Of a stretch of DNA of 64,000 nucleotides, positions 1-14,317 are shown piece by piece. Source of the stretch: the human T2T-CHM13v2.0 reference genome, Homo sapiens. A program made the translations under genes and the position numbers. The stretch is taken from the NCBI RefSeq assembly GCF_009914755.1, contig NC_060941.1. One strand, 5' to 3'. Position 1 is the stretch's first letter. The number at the start of each line of letters is the position of its first letter. A model generated the notes under the pieces. That model made no database searches, had not been told where the DNA came from, and saw nothing but the letters and a program-made list of their open reading frames with translations.

Positions 1-579
1 ACTTATTTTTTCTCCTAATCTTGAGTGCTACTTCCTAGGTACCTGATAGTAGAAACCAAACCAAACCAAACCAGAAGAACATATGTAAGTGAGTTAAAAT
101 AGTCTCTTAGGATTTATTACTCCCTGGGCAGAGCTGGGTTTGAATTTAGTGATTCTCTTTACACATCAACACTTATGCAAAAAGTTCTTAGAGTGTCTCA
201 TGGTATATTGACGCTGCTCTGCAACAAATATGAGTTCAAGGATTCAAAAACACTTCTGAAAAATTACAAATCTCTGAAAGAAAATTATCTTTTCACAGTA
301 ACCTAATGAGTCAAAAGAAAAATATCTGTGAAGAAAACCCATGTTTTGGTTGTCCATCACAGGCTCCAGTTAGCTAAAATGCAGTCATGTAAGTGCAGGT
401 AAAATAAGAAATATTTCCTTCTGTCTGGAACTAATTTCTAATTGTAAATTATTTGTTACTGGTTATTGTCCTGCAGGTAGGACTATTTATTTTGGTCTTG
501 ATTAATTAGGTAGTGTTGTATAATGATCTATAGCTATAGTCTCCATCGTAGAATATAGAAATCACCCAGAATTCATTTC

Positions 580-1113
580 TGTGGAGTCCTCCTTAGGGAA
601 AAGAAGTCAGGCTGGCAGGACCAGAGGAAAGCAAGTTAGTGGGTGCAGCGCACCAGTATGGCACATGTATACATATATAACTAACCTGCACAATGTGATA
701 AATAAATAAAAAAAACCAAAAAACAAAAAACAAAGAAAGAAAGCAGGTAATGTATAAGACTCACCTTCTTCATGGTCCAGGACACATAGCCCTCCTGCAC
801 AATATTCCTGCACCCAGCTATCACCAGACCTTCAGCTGATAGAAAAATGTAACTTAGCTCACTGCAACCTTAGTGTTATCAGTACCACACAAACCCTCTT
901 CAGCACACAGTACAAGCACCATCCTGTAAAATCTCCAGCACGCCTTTGTCTCCTTGCAGACAGCCCCTTCTCTGCTGTGCTGCCCATTGCTTCCTTGCAA
1001 CGTATTTTCATACGTTCTCTAATATATCTGCCTTTCTTTACCTACAACTATCTTGATAAATTCTTCTTACCCCCATGCCACCAGCCCCAGATAGTTGCTA
1101 ATCACCCGTGACA
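580..1113 (+). mobile_element. ERV1-class solo LTR (MER66-like)
   Basis: TG...CA termini, exact 5-bp TSD atttc (575-579 / 1114-1118), degenerate TATA-like and polyA-like motifs inside; family from memory of consensus. Confidence 0.75.
634..738 (+). mobile_element. Tiny young L1 (L1HS/L1PA2-like) 3' UTR fragment with A-rich tail, inserted in the LTR
   Basis: agttagtgggtgcagcgcaccag.atggcacatgtatacata..taactaacctgcacaatgtg followed by an A-rich tail. Confidence 0.8.
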
Positions 1114-2077
1114 ATTTCTATAGCATATCATCACCAGAAGAAAGGAACATTGGGAATAGAGAAAAAGAAATAGACATCATGAAAGGCCATGATAAAAAAA
1201 AAAACCGACAACAACACGGTAGTTTATTTTGCATAATACTATGCTCTTACCTTACAACATCCACCTAGGCTGCCAGAATCATTTTCCTAAAATACAAACC
1301 TGCTTTTTGTCGCCTTCCACTTATGGAATGCAAACTTTCTACCTTGGCAAATATGACCTTCCCTAACCTGGTGCCAATTTACCTTTCTGGGCTCACTTCC
1401 TGATGTTCTGTCTCACAAACCCTAAGCTCCAGCCATCCTTCAAGCTTCGTAGGTACTATTTTCTTGGTCAAATGCTCTTCTGCTATTCGTTTCCTGGATG
1501 AACTCACATGTCAAGACTCAGCTGAAACGTCGTTCAACTGCCTCATGTGGAGATGTGGCTCCTCCCAGAGCACTTTGCACGCATCTCTGCTATAGCAGTT
1601 GTCTTGTTGCTTTTAACATTTGTGCGACAGGTTATAAGAGTTTACATGAGGCCTTAAGAAATTTGGCTCAGGGCCAGAGCTAGTATCCACGTGCAGCAAC
1701 TTGGTTGATTTTCACTGTTTTGGGCAACAACCTAAATAACTTTTAACAGTGCCTGGGAATGTTCAAGGGTCAGCTCGGGTTCAAGCTGCAGGGGAAACAC
1801 ACAGCTGGCTGGGCCACAGGGTGGTCAAGGTAATCTGTTTCCCAAGGCAAAGAAGGAAGTGGAGGGATGATCTGGGTGACCCTACAACATGATCAATCAT
1901 ATTGAATAACTTGGTCACTCTACATTATCCTTTATGTAAATTGTTTTATTCAGTTAGTTGATAGGATTAGCAAATGGATTTCCACCCCCATCTATGTTCT
2001 TGAGAAATATTTCCTGTAAATTTCTTTTCTTCTAATGATCTTGTTAGGTTTTGGTATCAAGTTACATACTGGGTTCA

Positions 2078-2443
2078 CAATATGACTTAGCTCTGCGTCC
2101 CCACCCAAACTTCATCTCAAATTATAAACCCCAAATCCCCACGTGTTAGGGGAGGGACCTGGATGATTGGATCATGGGGGCAGTTTCCCGTATACTGTTC
2201 TTGTGATAGTGAGTTCGTTCTCAGGAAATCTAATGGTTTTGTAAGTGTGTGACAGTTCCTCCTTCCCACGCTCTCTCTCACCTGCCCCCATGTAAGAAGT
2301 GCCTGCTTCCCCTTCCACCATTATTGTAAGTTTCCTGAGGCCTCCCCAGCCATGTGGAACTGGGACTCAATTACACCTCCTTCCTTTATAAATTATCCAG
2401 TCTCAGATATTTCTTTATAACAGTGTGAGAATGGAGTAATACT
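2078..2443 (+). mobile_element. MaLR solo LTR (THE1/MST type)
   Basis: ctctgcgtccccacccaaac...aagtttcctgaggcctccccagccatg...taatac; exact 5-bp TSD gttca (2073-2077 / 2444-2448). Confidence 0.85.
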
Positions 2444-2518
2444 GTTCATAAATTAAATTGGGAAATGTTTCCTCTTTATTTCATGAAATTCTGTAAGATT
2501 AGTGTTATTTATTCCTTA

Positions 2519-2888
<370 letters not shown>

Positions 2889-2939
<51 letters not shown>

Positions 2940-2952
2940 CACACACACACGC
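2889..2952. repeat. (CA)n microsatellite occupying the Alu tail
   Basis: Long, nearly pure acac run directly after the Alu. Confidence 0.95.
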
Positions 2953-3039
2953 AAATATATGTATATTTGCTGACCTCTACATCAAATTGCTTACCTCTAC
3001 TTATAGAAACCTCACAATGCTATTCAGTTGTTCTATTTC

Positions 3040-4990
3040 ATTTTGTGTGAAAGTTGCATTTTTCAAGGAGTTTGTTCACTTCACCTAAGTTGCAAAAATA
3101 CTGAAATAAAGTTGTTCATAATAATCCTTATCATGAATTTTAGTATCTGCAGTGTCTATAAATTCTCACTATTTAATTCCAGATATTGGTAATTTGTGTT
3201 TTATCTCATGCTTCCCCCATCAATCTGGCTTGATGTTCATCAGATTAATACTAATGTATTGTTTATTTCAAGGTTGCTGAAAGAGTAGATTTTTGATGTT
3301 CTCACCATAAAACAATGATCAGGTGCTTAGGTGATGGATATGTTACTTAGCTTGATTTATCTTTCCACAATGCATACATAAATCAAAACACCACATTGTA
3401 CCCCACAAATATACATATACACAATTATTATTTGCCAACTAAAAAATAACTAAATAGAAGTACTTTATGAATCCTTTCAAAGAATCAAATTTTAGCTTCA
3501 TTAATTTCCTCGTTTTCTATTCATTGATTTCTGATATTATGTTTATTATTTATTTCTTTCTCCTTACTTTGAATTTTAATTGTTCTTTTTCTATTTAGTT
3601 GAAATGAAAACTTAAGTGATTGATGAAGAGATAAATGAAGGTGATAAAGATGTAAATCTTATTTTCTAATATAATCATTTGCTGTATATTTTCTACTAAT
3701 CCAATGCTGTATGTATCCCATAAATTTTTAAAATCTTTTGTTTTCATTATCATTCAGCTCATAATATTTCTTAAGCTGTATTGGTATTTATTATTTGATC
3801 CATAGGTTATTAGAACTGTGTTGTTTGATTTTCAAATATTTGGTGATTTTTCTAAGTATCTGATTGATTTCTCATTTAATTCCATTGTGGTCAGATAACA
3901 TATTTTGTTAGATTTTGGAATTTATGGAGACAAATTTAATGGCCCAGAATATAGTCTATTTTGGTGAGAGTTCCTTATGCATTTGAAAAGAATGTATATT
4001 CTGCAATTGTAGGGGGTAACATTCTGTAAATGTAACTGAGTAAAATTGTTTGATACTATTATTCAAATCTTCTTTCTCCTTGGTAATTTTCTTATCTGTT
4101 TGTTCTCTCAGATCCTGACAGGGGATATTAAAATCACCAAATGTGATTTTGGATTCATCTATTTCTCTCTTGACTTCTGTGATTTTTTGCCTTATTTATT
4201 TTGAAGCTCTGTTATTGGGTCATATTTTTAAGGATTATAGGACCACCTGATGAATTTTCCCTTTTTCATTATGAAATATCACCTTAAAATTATCTAATAT
4301 TTAAGTGACCAAACTTCTTTCTTATCATTACTATTTGCGTGGTATGTCTTTTTTTCAGACTACATAATTCAATTTTCTTGTGCTTTTATATTTAAAGTGA
4401 ATCACTTTAAAACAGCATAGTGCTGGGTTTTCTTTTTAAATCCAATCTGACATCCTCTGACTTTTTATTGGAGTGCTTACTTTATATTTAATGTAATTAT
4501 TGATATGGTTGGTTTAAAATCTACCATCTTGCTATTTGTTTTTTATTTCCATGTGTTTTTTGCTTCCTTTCCCTTTTATTTCTCATCTTATTTTGGGCCA
4601 ATCAAACATTCTACTTTATTTTCTATACTAGCTTTATAAGTATATATCTTTTAATGGTTTTTCTAAAGGGTGGGGTAGTTCTCTCAGGATTATGATATGC
4701 ATCTTTACATTTTTGTACTCCACTTGGAATTAATACTGTAGCACTTTATGTAAAATACGAGAACCTTACCACAGTAGGGTTCTTTTTGCCCCTTTCTGTT
4801 CTTTGTGCTATTATTGTCAAATTGCTTACTTCTACATATAGAAACCCTACAATGCCATTGCTTTTGCTTTAAATCATTGTCTTTTAGAATATCGAGAAAA
4901 GGAAAAAGAGAAAGTCTCATATTTTATCCATGTATTTACCATTTTCAGTGTTTTTTTCCTTCCTGAAGGTCTGAGACTTCATTTTGTATA
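3040..4990 (-). mobile_element. Old L1M fragments (antisense), with a short sense L1 3' piece near 3260-3450
   Basis: T-rich L1-like motifs such as ttccattgtggtcaga, atttgaaaagaatgtatattctgc and tttaaaatccaatctgaca. Confidence 0.7.
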
Positions 4991-4999
4991 ATTACTCTT

Positions 5000-6290
5000 A
5001 AAATTTTTTTATTGTGGCAAAATACAAGTAACATAAAATTTACTATTTTAACTATTTTTAAGTGTACAATCCAGTGGTATTAAGTACATTCAAATGTTGT
5101 GTGGGCATCACCACCGTCCTTCTCCATAACTCTTTTCACCTTTTAAAACTGAAACTCTGTTCCCTTTAAACAACTGCCCATGAAGCCCGCCCTTGTGTCC
5201 TGGCAACCATTGTTCTGCTTTTCATCTCTATGATTTTTTTACTACTTTTAACTACCTCATATAAGTGAAAGCATATAAGTGAATAGTATCTTTTTGTGCT
5301 GGCTTACTTCACTTAGCACAACATCTTCAAGGTTAATTCATGTTGTGGCATGTGTCAGAAAGTCCTTCCCTTTTAGGGCTGAATAATATTCCATTGTATG
5401 GATGTACCATATTTTGATTATCCATCCGTCTATCAATGAGCACTTGTTTGTTTTCATATTTTAGCTATTGCAATTATTGCTGCTATGAACGCAAGTATAC
5501 AAATGTCTTTTAGCGACCCTGCTTTCAATTCTTTTGGGTATATACCCAGAAGTGGAAGCGCAAGATCATAAGGCAATTCTACATTTAATTTTTTGAGGAA
5601 GTGCTATATTGTTTTTCACAGTCACTGTACAATTTTACCTTCCTACCAGCAATGCTTGAGGGTTCCAATTTCTCTCTCTCTCTCTCTCTATATATATATA
5701 ATGTATATATTATATATTTTACATATATATGTGTGTATATATATATAAGGGGTTTTGTTTTGTTTTTTGTTTTTTGAGACGGAATCTTGCTCTGTCACCC
5801 AGGCTGTAGTGCAGTGGTGCCATCTTGGCCCAGTGCAGCCTCTGCCTCCTGGGTTCAAGTGATTCTCTTGCTTCAGCCTCCCAAGTAGCTGGGATTACAG
5901 GAGCCCACCACCACGCCCAGCTAATTTTTGTATTTTTAGTAGAGACGGGATTTCACCATGTTGGCTGGGCTGGTCTCAAATTCCTGACCTCAAGTGATCC
6001 ACCTGCCTTGGCCTCCCAAAGTGCTGGGATTATAGGCATAAGCCACCACACCTGGCTGTTTTGTTTTTTGTATTTATTTATTTATTTATTTATTTATTTT
6101 ATGGCAGCCATCCTAATGGGTGGGAGGTAGTATCTCATTGTAGTTTTGATTTGCACTTTGCTAATGATTAGTGAGTGATGCTGAGTACCTTTGCCTGTGC
6201 TGATTGGCTATTTGTATATCTTCTTTGAAGAAAGTCTATTCAAGTTCTCTGTCCATTTCTGAACTGGTTTGTTTGTTTTTTGTCTTTGAG
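5000..6290 (-). mobile_element. L1M 3' region (antisense), interrupted by (TC)n(TA)n and an Alu
   Basis: ctggcaaccattgttctgc, ggctgaataatattccattgtatg, tatacccagaagtgg, tatctcattgtagttttgatttgc. Confidence 0.8.
5752..6057 (-). mobile_element. AluS
   Basis: Reverse-complement dimeric Alu with T-rich tail. Confidence 0.95.
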
Positions 6291-7918
6291 GTAAAATTAC
6301 TCTTAAACCAAAAGGACTTCCTTATTGTTTCTTATAGTGTAGATCTTCAGGCACTTAAAAAAGAAGTCAGCTTTATTCACCTAAAAGTGTTTTTATTTTT
6401 TCTTTAATTTTGAAGGTTGTTTTTGCAGACTGTAGTGTTCACAATTTTTTTTCCTTTAGGACCTTTTAAATGAGGTTTGATTTTCCTCTGACATCCATTT
6501 TACCTAAAAAGAAGTCAGACATCCATTTTTTCTTTGCTGCCTTCTATTTGATTTGTTTTTTTTTCTTAATTGGTATTCAGCAGTTTGACTATGATATGTG
6601 TAGGTGGTGTGTGTGTGTGTGTGTGTATTGCAATTATCCTGCTAAGTGTTTATTGAGACTCTTGAATATATGGGTTAATAAAATGTCACCAAATTTCGAA
6701 AATTTTTGCTTTTATTCCCTCCCAAATTTTTATTTCCTATTCTTTAACTCCTCTCATTCTGAGACTCCAATTTCATCCTCATTTCACCACTTGGTACTTT
6801 CCCACAGGCTTCTTAGTTTCTTCAATTTCTTTTTCAATCCTTTTTTCTACCCTGGCTAGGCTGGAACCTCAAAGTCTGTTAATAGTGAATGACCTCTGGT
6901 ATCTCCACTCAGCTTCTAATCACCCAGCAGCCACTCTTTGCTATGCCTGATGGAATTTCAGCCAGCGTATTTGCAACTGTGCCTTCTGTAAGTACTTGAG
7001 AACTTTTACACAGTCTTCTTTACTTACCTACGTATATCTTCTTCCTCTCCAGAATAACTTTCCAAACCCCATTTAGATATAGCTACTCGTGTTGCAAACA
7101 TGACCTGTGTAGAGCAAGAAGAACAGAGTATTTCCATCTTGAACTCTCTTCTCCTTCTCGGCTCCTAGGCTCAATTGGTGACATAACTCCACTGTCTAGT
7201 CTTTCTTTGATATTTTCTTTTCCTCCATATCCCTTTGATGACTAGCTGCAGTCAATTCCTCTTTGACTATGTCTTTCCCACTTTACCCCCATGACAACAG
7301 TCTTCATTGTTCTCAATTTTATGATCCCACAGCACTTTACTAATACTGCTGGTAGAACACATCTTTTTTTATTATAACACAGCAACTGGCATTCGATAAT
7401 TATTAACCGTAGGAAGAAACAAATGGATGTTGTGTTTGTATTTGCTTCACCTGCCAGATGGTTAGCTTATTTTCAGCAGAGACAATAAAACACAGGACAC
7501 ACAATAGACATTTAATAAATCTTAGTTGAATAAATAATGACATTATTATATTTTTTTCATAAATAGATCATGTCACCTGGATTAGTTTATATATTTTGTC
7601 ATATTTGGTGTTTGGGTAATGTTCAGTATTTCTCAACCTGTCTGAAACCATTTTTTGGGAGGACAAGTCAGGAAAAGTCTACTTTCAAATATGCCGATGT
7701 ACTAGACCATCTTACATGCAAGGATGTTTAATTTTCTTAAAACAGCAAGAACAGCAAAATTAAGAAATTTTTGTCCATACTGCCACCATTTTCAGTTTCA
7801 CTAATGTTTCCAGTTTTTCTTTAAATGCCAATGTTCAGAGTTAAGAAACGCATTTAATGAATGAACAGAAATAAACAGAAGTAATTGTAGACACTTGTGC
7901 TATGCCAGAGATGTAAAA

Positions 7919-7924
7919 TTTATT
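7919..7924 (-). terminator. PolyA signal AATAAA of KRTAP3-3
   Basis: tttatt on +, about 340 nt past the stop; same downstream context as in KRTAP3-2 and 3-1. Confidence 0.7.
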
Positions 7925-8265
7925 AGGATAATCATGAAGAACTTCCTTAATTTTCAGAAAGATACCACCCAAGACTGAAAACAGAATTCCCAAACCACCC
8001 ACAGAAAGAGACACTTTAATATGAAGGAATCGAACAGCTTCAGGAAGCTATAGGCATCCACTGATTCAAACTGCAGTTGGTTATAGCTGAATGGTCATTG
8101 AAAGTTTCTTGGTCTCTTTTTTTTTGCAGGGGGTGATTGTGGTAGTACCATCCTTGTTCCAATTTCTAAAGCAGAGTACATTAGTTGTAGGTACTGAGAT
8201 AGGTGAATGCTAAAGCTTCTATGTTGACTTTTTCAATCTCAGGCACTGAGCAAAGTAGCCATCCA

Positions 8266-8562
8266 TTAGCAGCCTCTTGGGAGGCAGGGCTCACAGCAGG
8301 GCTGAGTGAAGGTGGTGAGGTTGAGGGTCTCCAGGCCTGGAGTTGGCTGGCAGGAGTTGAGCAGGAAGCAGGTGGGCACGCAGGGCTGAGGAATGTGGCA
8401 GGGTGGGGGACAGTTGTCACAGCAGGTGGGCTCCAGTAACCAAACTGTGTGTGGGCAGGTGCTGGGCAGGCAGACTCCACAGCGGCAGGATTTGTCAGAG
8501 GAGCAGATGGTGGTGGCAGGCCCGGTGGGGACACTGCAGCCTCGAGAGGCACAGCAATCCAT
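8266..8562 (-). CDS. KRTAP3-3: Keratin-associated protein 3-3 (high-sulfur, 98 aa)
   Basis: [33 protein letters not shown]...EPCLPRGC; Kozak gccATGG; single exon. Confidence 0.97.
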   Translation of the reverse strand: MDCCASRGCSVPTGPATTICSSDKSCRCGVCLPSTCPHTVWLLEPTCCDNCPPPCHIPQPCVPTCFLLNSCQPTPGLETLNLTTFTQPCCEPCLPRGC

Positions 8563-8650
8563 GGCTATTAGAGTCTGTGGTATTTATGGGTTTGATTGAA
8601 AAGAAGGATAAGGCTTCTGAGGTGTGAATATCTCTCCTTTCTCTGGGGCT

Positions 8651-8658
8651 CTTATGTA
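8651..8658 (-). promoter_or_regulatory. TATA-like box (TACATAAG) of KRTAP3-3
   Basis: Aligns with TATATAAGAGCC in KRTAP3-2 and 3-1, with one substitution. Confidence 0.75.
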
Positions 8659-11600
8659 CCCTCTCCACTGGGAGTTGGTCCAGCCAAGAGGCTTCTTTCC
8701 TGGTTCTTGTTTATGTTAGTGTACCCATTATTCTTTAATTTGTTTGACATTTAGACTCTGTAAAGAGTCCCCATTTTCCTAATTAACTTTTATTTGAGTT
8801 CGTTGCTAAATCTGAACTGATTACCCTTGCTATTTGTCACTGGAACACAAGCTTTATGAGGTATCACCAAAGCCTTCTGTTATTATATTTTCAACACCAG
8901 CCCTGCTGGGGAATATTGCATGACAGTGAGTCTGTAATATGTGGGCCTGCTCTCCAGTGCTGCTTTATTTTTAATCTGTCACTTTATCTATACCAATTTG
9001 TCTGATAAAGTATTCTTGTTTTAAAGAGTTGAACTTAATTTTACTTTCTTTTAGCTTTGAGGCTTTTGAAGATCAAAATTACATTAACATGAAGAAATAT
9101 GCCATTAAGAAATATGGAAAAACTTTAAAAAACGCTTATTATTCTAGTTTTTTACTACAAAATATTTTGTATACATTGTTTATCATTACATTACATTACT
9201 GGAATCATATTGTGCATAGGTTCTGAAACTTGCCTTTGTGTGTGTGCATATATATTATATATATATATAATTATCTTATATTTTAAAGGATATTTGATAG
9301 TGTTACTTTTAATATTTCTTAGCATTTATTATATAATTGCACTTCTATGTTACTTTAAAATTTTATATTATTATGCATTGAGGTTATTTTCCACTTTTCT
9401 CTACAATAATTTTGGCAACAGAGCACCTCTGTATGTAAATCTTTGTGCATATTTTTGATTATTTCAGAAACAGAATTAATTATTTGGTAGAATTATAGGG
9501 GCAAATGTTAATTTCCAGTATTTTTAAGGCCTTTCATATCATTGCCATACTGTTTTTCAGAATGGTTCTATTTACCTACTTTTTTTTTCAAATTATCTAT
9601 TTCCACCAGATGTGTTTGATTAAGAATTCCCATTTCGTATACCTTTGACAGATACTTTATTTTAAAGGTGTTTTCCAATTTCATTGGTGAAAAACACAAT
9701 TTTATGATTGTTGTGTCTGTATTTCTTTTATAACCAGCTAGGTTGAAATATTCCTTCATATGCATATTGGCCATCTGTCTTCTATTGAGAGTTGGCTTGC
9801 TTTGTTTCCTTCACTGCTAATTGTGGGCAAATTGAATTTTTAGCTTCTGTCTATATAGACTAAATAAAATAATAACTTAAGAATACAAAACTAAAATTCA
9901 AGTAAAATTATTACCAAAGGAAACTTATGAGCCTGAGCTAGATTAATCTGTTGACATTTGATTTCATTCTCTCTCTCTCTTTTTTTTCTTTTTTTTTTGC
10001 AAGGTATTGCATTTTTTCCTGAAATCAAATGTAGCTGTGGTAGGAAAGACCTGGTTCTAGTACCAGTACGCTATTTAGACTGCAGGCATAGTTCAGTGTT
10101 TAAGAGGGAGCACAAGGTGGGCTTGTGGCCAATATCATTTATACACCTCGAACCATTTCCGCTCAGCTTGGTCTCATGCTTCTTGCAAGCCATGGTTCTT
10201 CTCACATTCTTCATACCTCCTCTTTTAGGCACACCTGTTGAGTGGTGCATTGTGGTGTGCATGTTTGTATGTTTTGGGAATGGGGACGTGTAGTCAAGAG
10301 GACCACCTGAGGAGTCAGAATAGCTCTTGACTGTTCCCGGTGCTGCTGGTTATCTTCCTCGTTATGGTAAGTAATTCACTTTTAGGAGCTTCATCCTTTT
10401 TCTCTGCGAAATCAGGGTAATAGCATGCATATTCCTCCACTTAGAAGATTATTGTGAGGTTCACATGTGATAAAAAGGGTGAAAGCTCATGGACAACCAT
10501 ATAATGCTATGCAAAAATAAATTATTATCATGATTGAAACAAATTACAGATGAAATTCAAGGCAAGGTAAAGATAAAAGAAACATAGTCAAAAGAAGAAA
10601 AGAAAATGAGATGAAGGTAAGTAAGAGAGCAACCTTACAGGAAAGAGCAAACATTTATATTAGTTTATACAAATAAATAAATAAATAAATAATCACATCT
10701 ACGATTAGAGAAAGTGGTTGGCATATAAATTAACAAACCTAAAAATTTGAAAAGCTCCCTATGGCTCTGATTGAAAGGGAGAATTCATGATATCTTCTGG
10801 TTCCTGGACTTTCCCCAGATTTATCTTTGTATGAATGCCTGCCGAAGTGTGCACCCTTTTACTTAGAACTGATTAGTATTTCACTTATTATTTAAAAAGT
10901 AATTCAACAGACATTTACTGAGCAGTTACTATGTGCTAGTCACTGTGATAAATGTTGGATTTATAGCAATAAACAAGATAGGCACCATCCTTGCCCTCAT
11001 GAAGTTTACAGTTTGGTGGAAGAATTTTTCATACACATAACATATTATTATAAGCTGCTGCTATTATACATTATAATAGGAAAGAAAAAGAGTAAAAGAC
11101 AAAAAATAAAAGAAAAAATTATTTTGAGGGAAACATTACAAAGGAAACATGGCTTGCAGACCCTCAGGATTAGAATTTCATGGCAGAAAGCTATCAGCTT
11201 CTTACCTGGGATACAATATTACTTTGAGTTCACCATAAAAGCTTAGAGCAACTATTACTGTTTATGCAGCACATTGTGTTTCTCTAATCATAAATAAGAC
11301 AAGGTTACAGATTACAAACAGTTGTAATGCAACAAGTTTATTATAATAAGCTCTTCTCTTTTATTGACAAGACTTGCAGCACTTTATTAAAATGTATTTT
11401 CTCTGCAGTGGTCTAAGAGACCTGAGAATTACTCTCCTTTGTTTATAAATGATGACAGTGATTCATAGAGAGGTGAGATGATTTGCCTTAGATGGTTCGG
11501 GAGCCAGTGTGTTAAAAACTAAATATAGGACCTATTGGGATTGAGCTACCTTTTATGTGGTTAGAAATGGAAGTTTAAACTATGTGTCAGAGATACTAAG

Positions 11601-13673
11601 CATTTTATTTTTAAAAACAACGCGTATCTTTTTTCTTTAAGTGAATGTAGGAAAAACATGGTGATTCTTGATGAGATGGTAGATTTTCGGGGTGCTAAAA
11701 ATCTAGACACACACACACATACGCACACGCACACTCACACATCCAAGAAGTCCAGTTTTAATTATATCTTTCTATAGTCAATGGAGGGATCTGGGACAGT
11801 GCAGATGTAAATCAAAGATTAATAATGAAAAGAGACAGAAGCAAAACATGATTATATTGGTCTCTTGCTTGAAATATTTCATTGCTTCAAAGTTTCAGTC
11901 CAAACCCCTTTGCTTTGAGGAGCCCCTTATGTCTGGGTCTTTGCATTTCTGTCTTCTCTGCCTCACCCTCTTCAATGCATTGTTCATCCAGTCATTCCCA
12001 ACTACCTCCTGTGGCTTAAAGACACCAACCTTTCCGCTGCCTCCATGATTTATTAAGCTGCTATTCTGTCTGGAACAACTGTTCCCTACCTCTCCTGCTG
12101 CCTATTCATCTTTTAAAGCTTAGACTGGATAGCTCAGAGGCTTTCCGTAGCTATTTCTCACCTTTGACACTGAATCACCAAATCAGGGTTTTAGTTATTC
12201 TTTCTGTATGCTTGCATGCCATGCTGCTCACCTCCCAGTCACAGCAGAATCCCTCAGCATTGCAATTATTATTATGATAACTTGTCTTTCTTCTTCACTA
12301 GATTTGGGAGAGACTTGAGGGCACTTGAGACTTGAGGTAATAGCATTTCTTTTATCTTTTTACTCCTGGCATCAATATGATGCCTGACATAGGGCAAACA
12401 CTCAGGAAATATGGACAAATGAATGAGTGAATGGACTAGATCTCTTGTTGACAATATCCTCTGTAGTGTCCCATAGACTCCATGGCTGCTAAGTTCTGTT
12501 CATTTAAGGTTGAGCTGTAAAAAGCCTATGGAATCCCGTGAGAAATTTCTCTCTCAAGACACTAACAGGTACATTGAGGACATTTTAAAACAAGTTTGTT
12601 AAAAAGCATTTGCTTCTCCCCTTCCTTGTCCTACTCTGTTTCTTGCATGTCTTCTTGTGGTTTTATTTCAATGCATTTTCAGATTTTGACTTGTGTCTTT
12701 ATATATGTATTGTGTATAGATATACATACACACATATATTTATATGTGTTACATAAATGTATTGGATGTATTATATATATAATATATACTTGTTCTCTCT
12801 AGGCTTGGAAAAGAAAAATCTTCATGAGATAAAATTAAGTAGGTTGATAAAATTAAGTAACGAATTAAAGCATACGTAATCAGAGTTTTAGCTCTCAACC
12901 TGAGACACCTGAAAAGTATTGGCATTCTATTGATTACTGTGGTAGAACATCTGTGCTGAGTATGGTGGCAAATAAAGGTATGTCCCTGGTGCCTTGTTAC
13001 TAGAGTTGACCACTTTGAGTTCTCTCTAAGAGAAAATGAAGTTGAAATAGGTACACCTTCAAAATGCCCAGATTTTAGAATTGAATACTTGCCAATTTTA
13101 ATCTATGAACCAATGTACTCTTTTTCTATTATAATCCGATGTGGATTTTGTTAAAGAATCTTACATGTTTTATTTCTCTTGCATATTTTGGGTTTATTTC
13201 ATAACTGTGCTCATTAAGCTTCTGGTTTCATTAGTATTGAAGGTTCTATGATGTGGTAGGAAAAATTGGGCTTTAGAGTCAGACATACAAGAGGCTGAAT
13301 TCTGATTTTCTAAGTAATTAACTTTATGACTTTCAGAATGTTGAATAACGCTTAAAACTTCATTTTTTCTTATCCATTAGTGCTGTTTTAAGGACTAAAT
13401 CAATAATTTACTGGTGAAGAGTAGATAAATAAATGTTGGTTCACACCAAAATTGCACTTGTCTGAGGAAGAAGAGAGAAGAGAAGGCAAACATGAAAGAG
13501 AACCTGTTAAAAGTTAGCAAGCCATGTTAGTAGTAGCAAGAATGTTAGTCATTCTGCCAATAGAGTCTTCTTTAAAAGATTAAAATAATCATCCTGTTTT
13601 TACCTTTTTAAAATGGAAGAAATATACCCAAAACTAACATAAACAAATGACACATCTTGCCAGAGAAATATAG

Positions 13674-13679
13674 TTTATT
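13674..13679 (-). terminator. PolyA signal AATAAA of KRTAP3-2
   Basis: tttatt on +, about 340 nt past the stop. Confidence 0.7.
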
Positions 13680-14020
13680 GGAAAACCCACCAAGAAATTT
13701 TCTTCTATGAAAATACCCAGTACAAGAAACAAGAGCCAGGAAGCAATATGATCAAGAACATGTAATCTGAGGTCTTAAAGATTGAAACAGTATTTTGCTA
13801 ATAAAACTCATTCACCTGCCCACAGGAACCAAATGGTTTTTCAGCTAAATAACCATAAAAAATACTTTTCTTTTTTTCCCCCATTAAAACCAAAGGTAAG
13901 TTCTTCATATCTGGGTCATCTGGTCTACCTTAACATCTGGCAAACTACTGAGGCAAGTGAATACTGAAGGGACAGCTTCTGGATTCTTCGTTGTCGGGCA
14001 CTGAGCAAAGTAGCCATCCA

Positions 14021-14317
14021 TCAGCAGCCTCTTGGGAGGCAGGGCTCACAGCAGGGCTGAGTGAAGGTGGTGAGGTTGAGGGTCTCCAGGCCCGGAGTTG
14101 GCTGGCAGGAGTTGAGCAGGAAGCAGGTGGGCACGCAGGGCTGAGGAATGTGGCAGGGTGGGGGACAGTTGTCACAGCAGATGGGCTCCAGTAACCAAAC
14201 TGTGTGTGGGCAGGTGCTGGGCAGGCAGACTCCACAGCGGCAGGATTTGTCGGAGGAGCAGATGGTGGTGGCAGGCCCAGTGGGGACACTGCAGCTGCGA
14301 GAGGCACAGCAATCCAT
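14021..14317 (-). CDS. KRTAP3-2: Keratin-associated protein 3-2 (98 aa)
   Basis: [14 protein letters not shown]...LLEPICCDN...PRGC; start is the ATG at 14317 (gccATGG), downstream of the TATA box. Confidence 0.97.
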
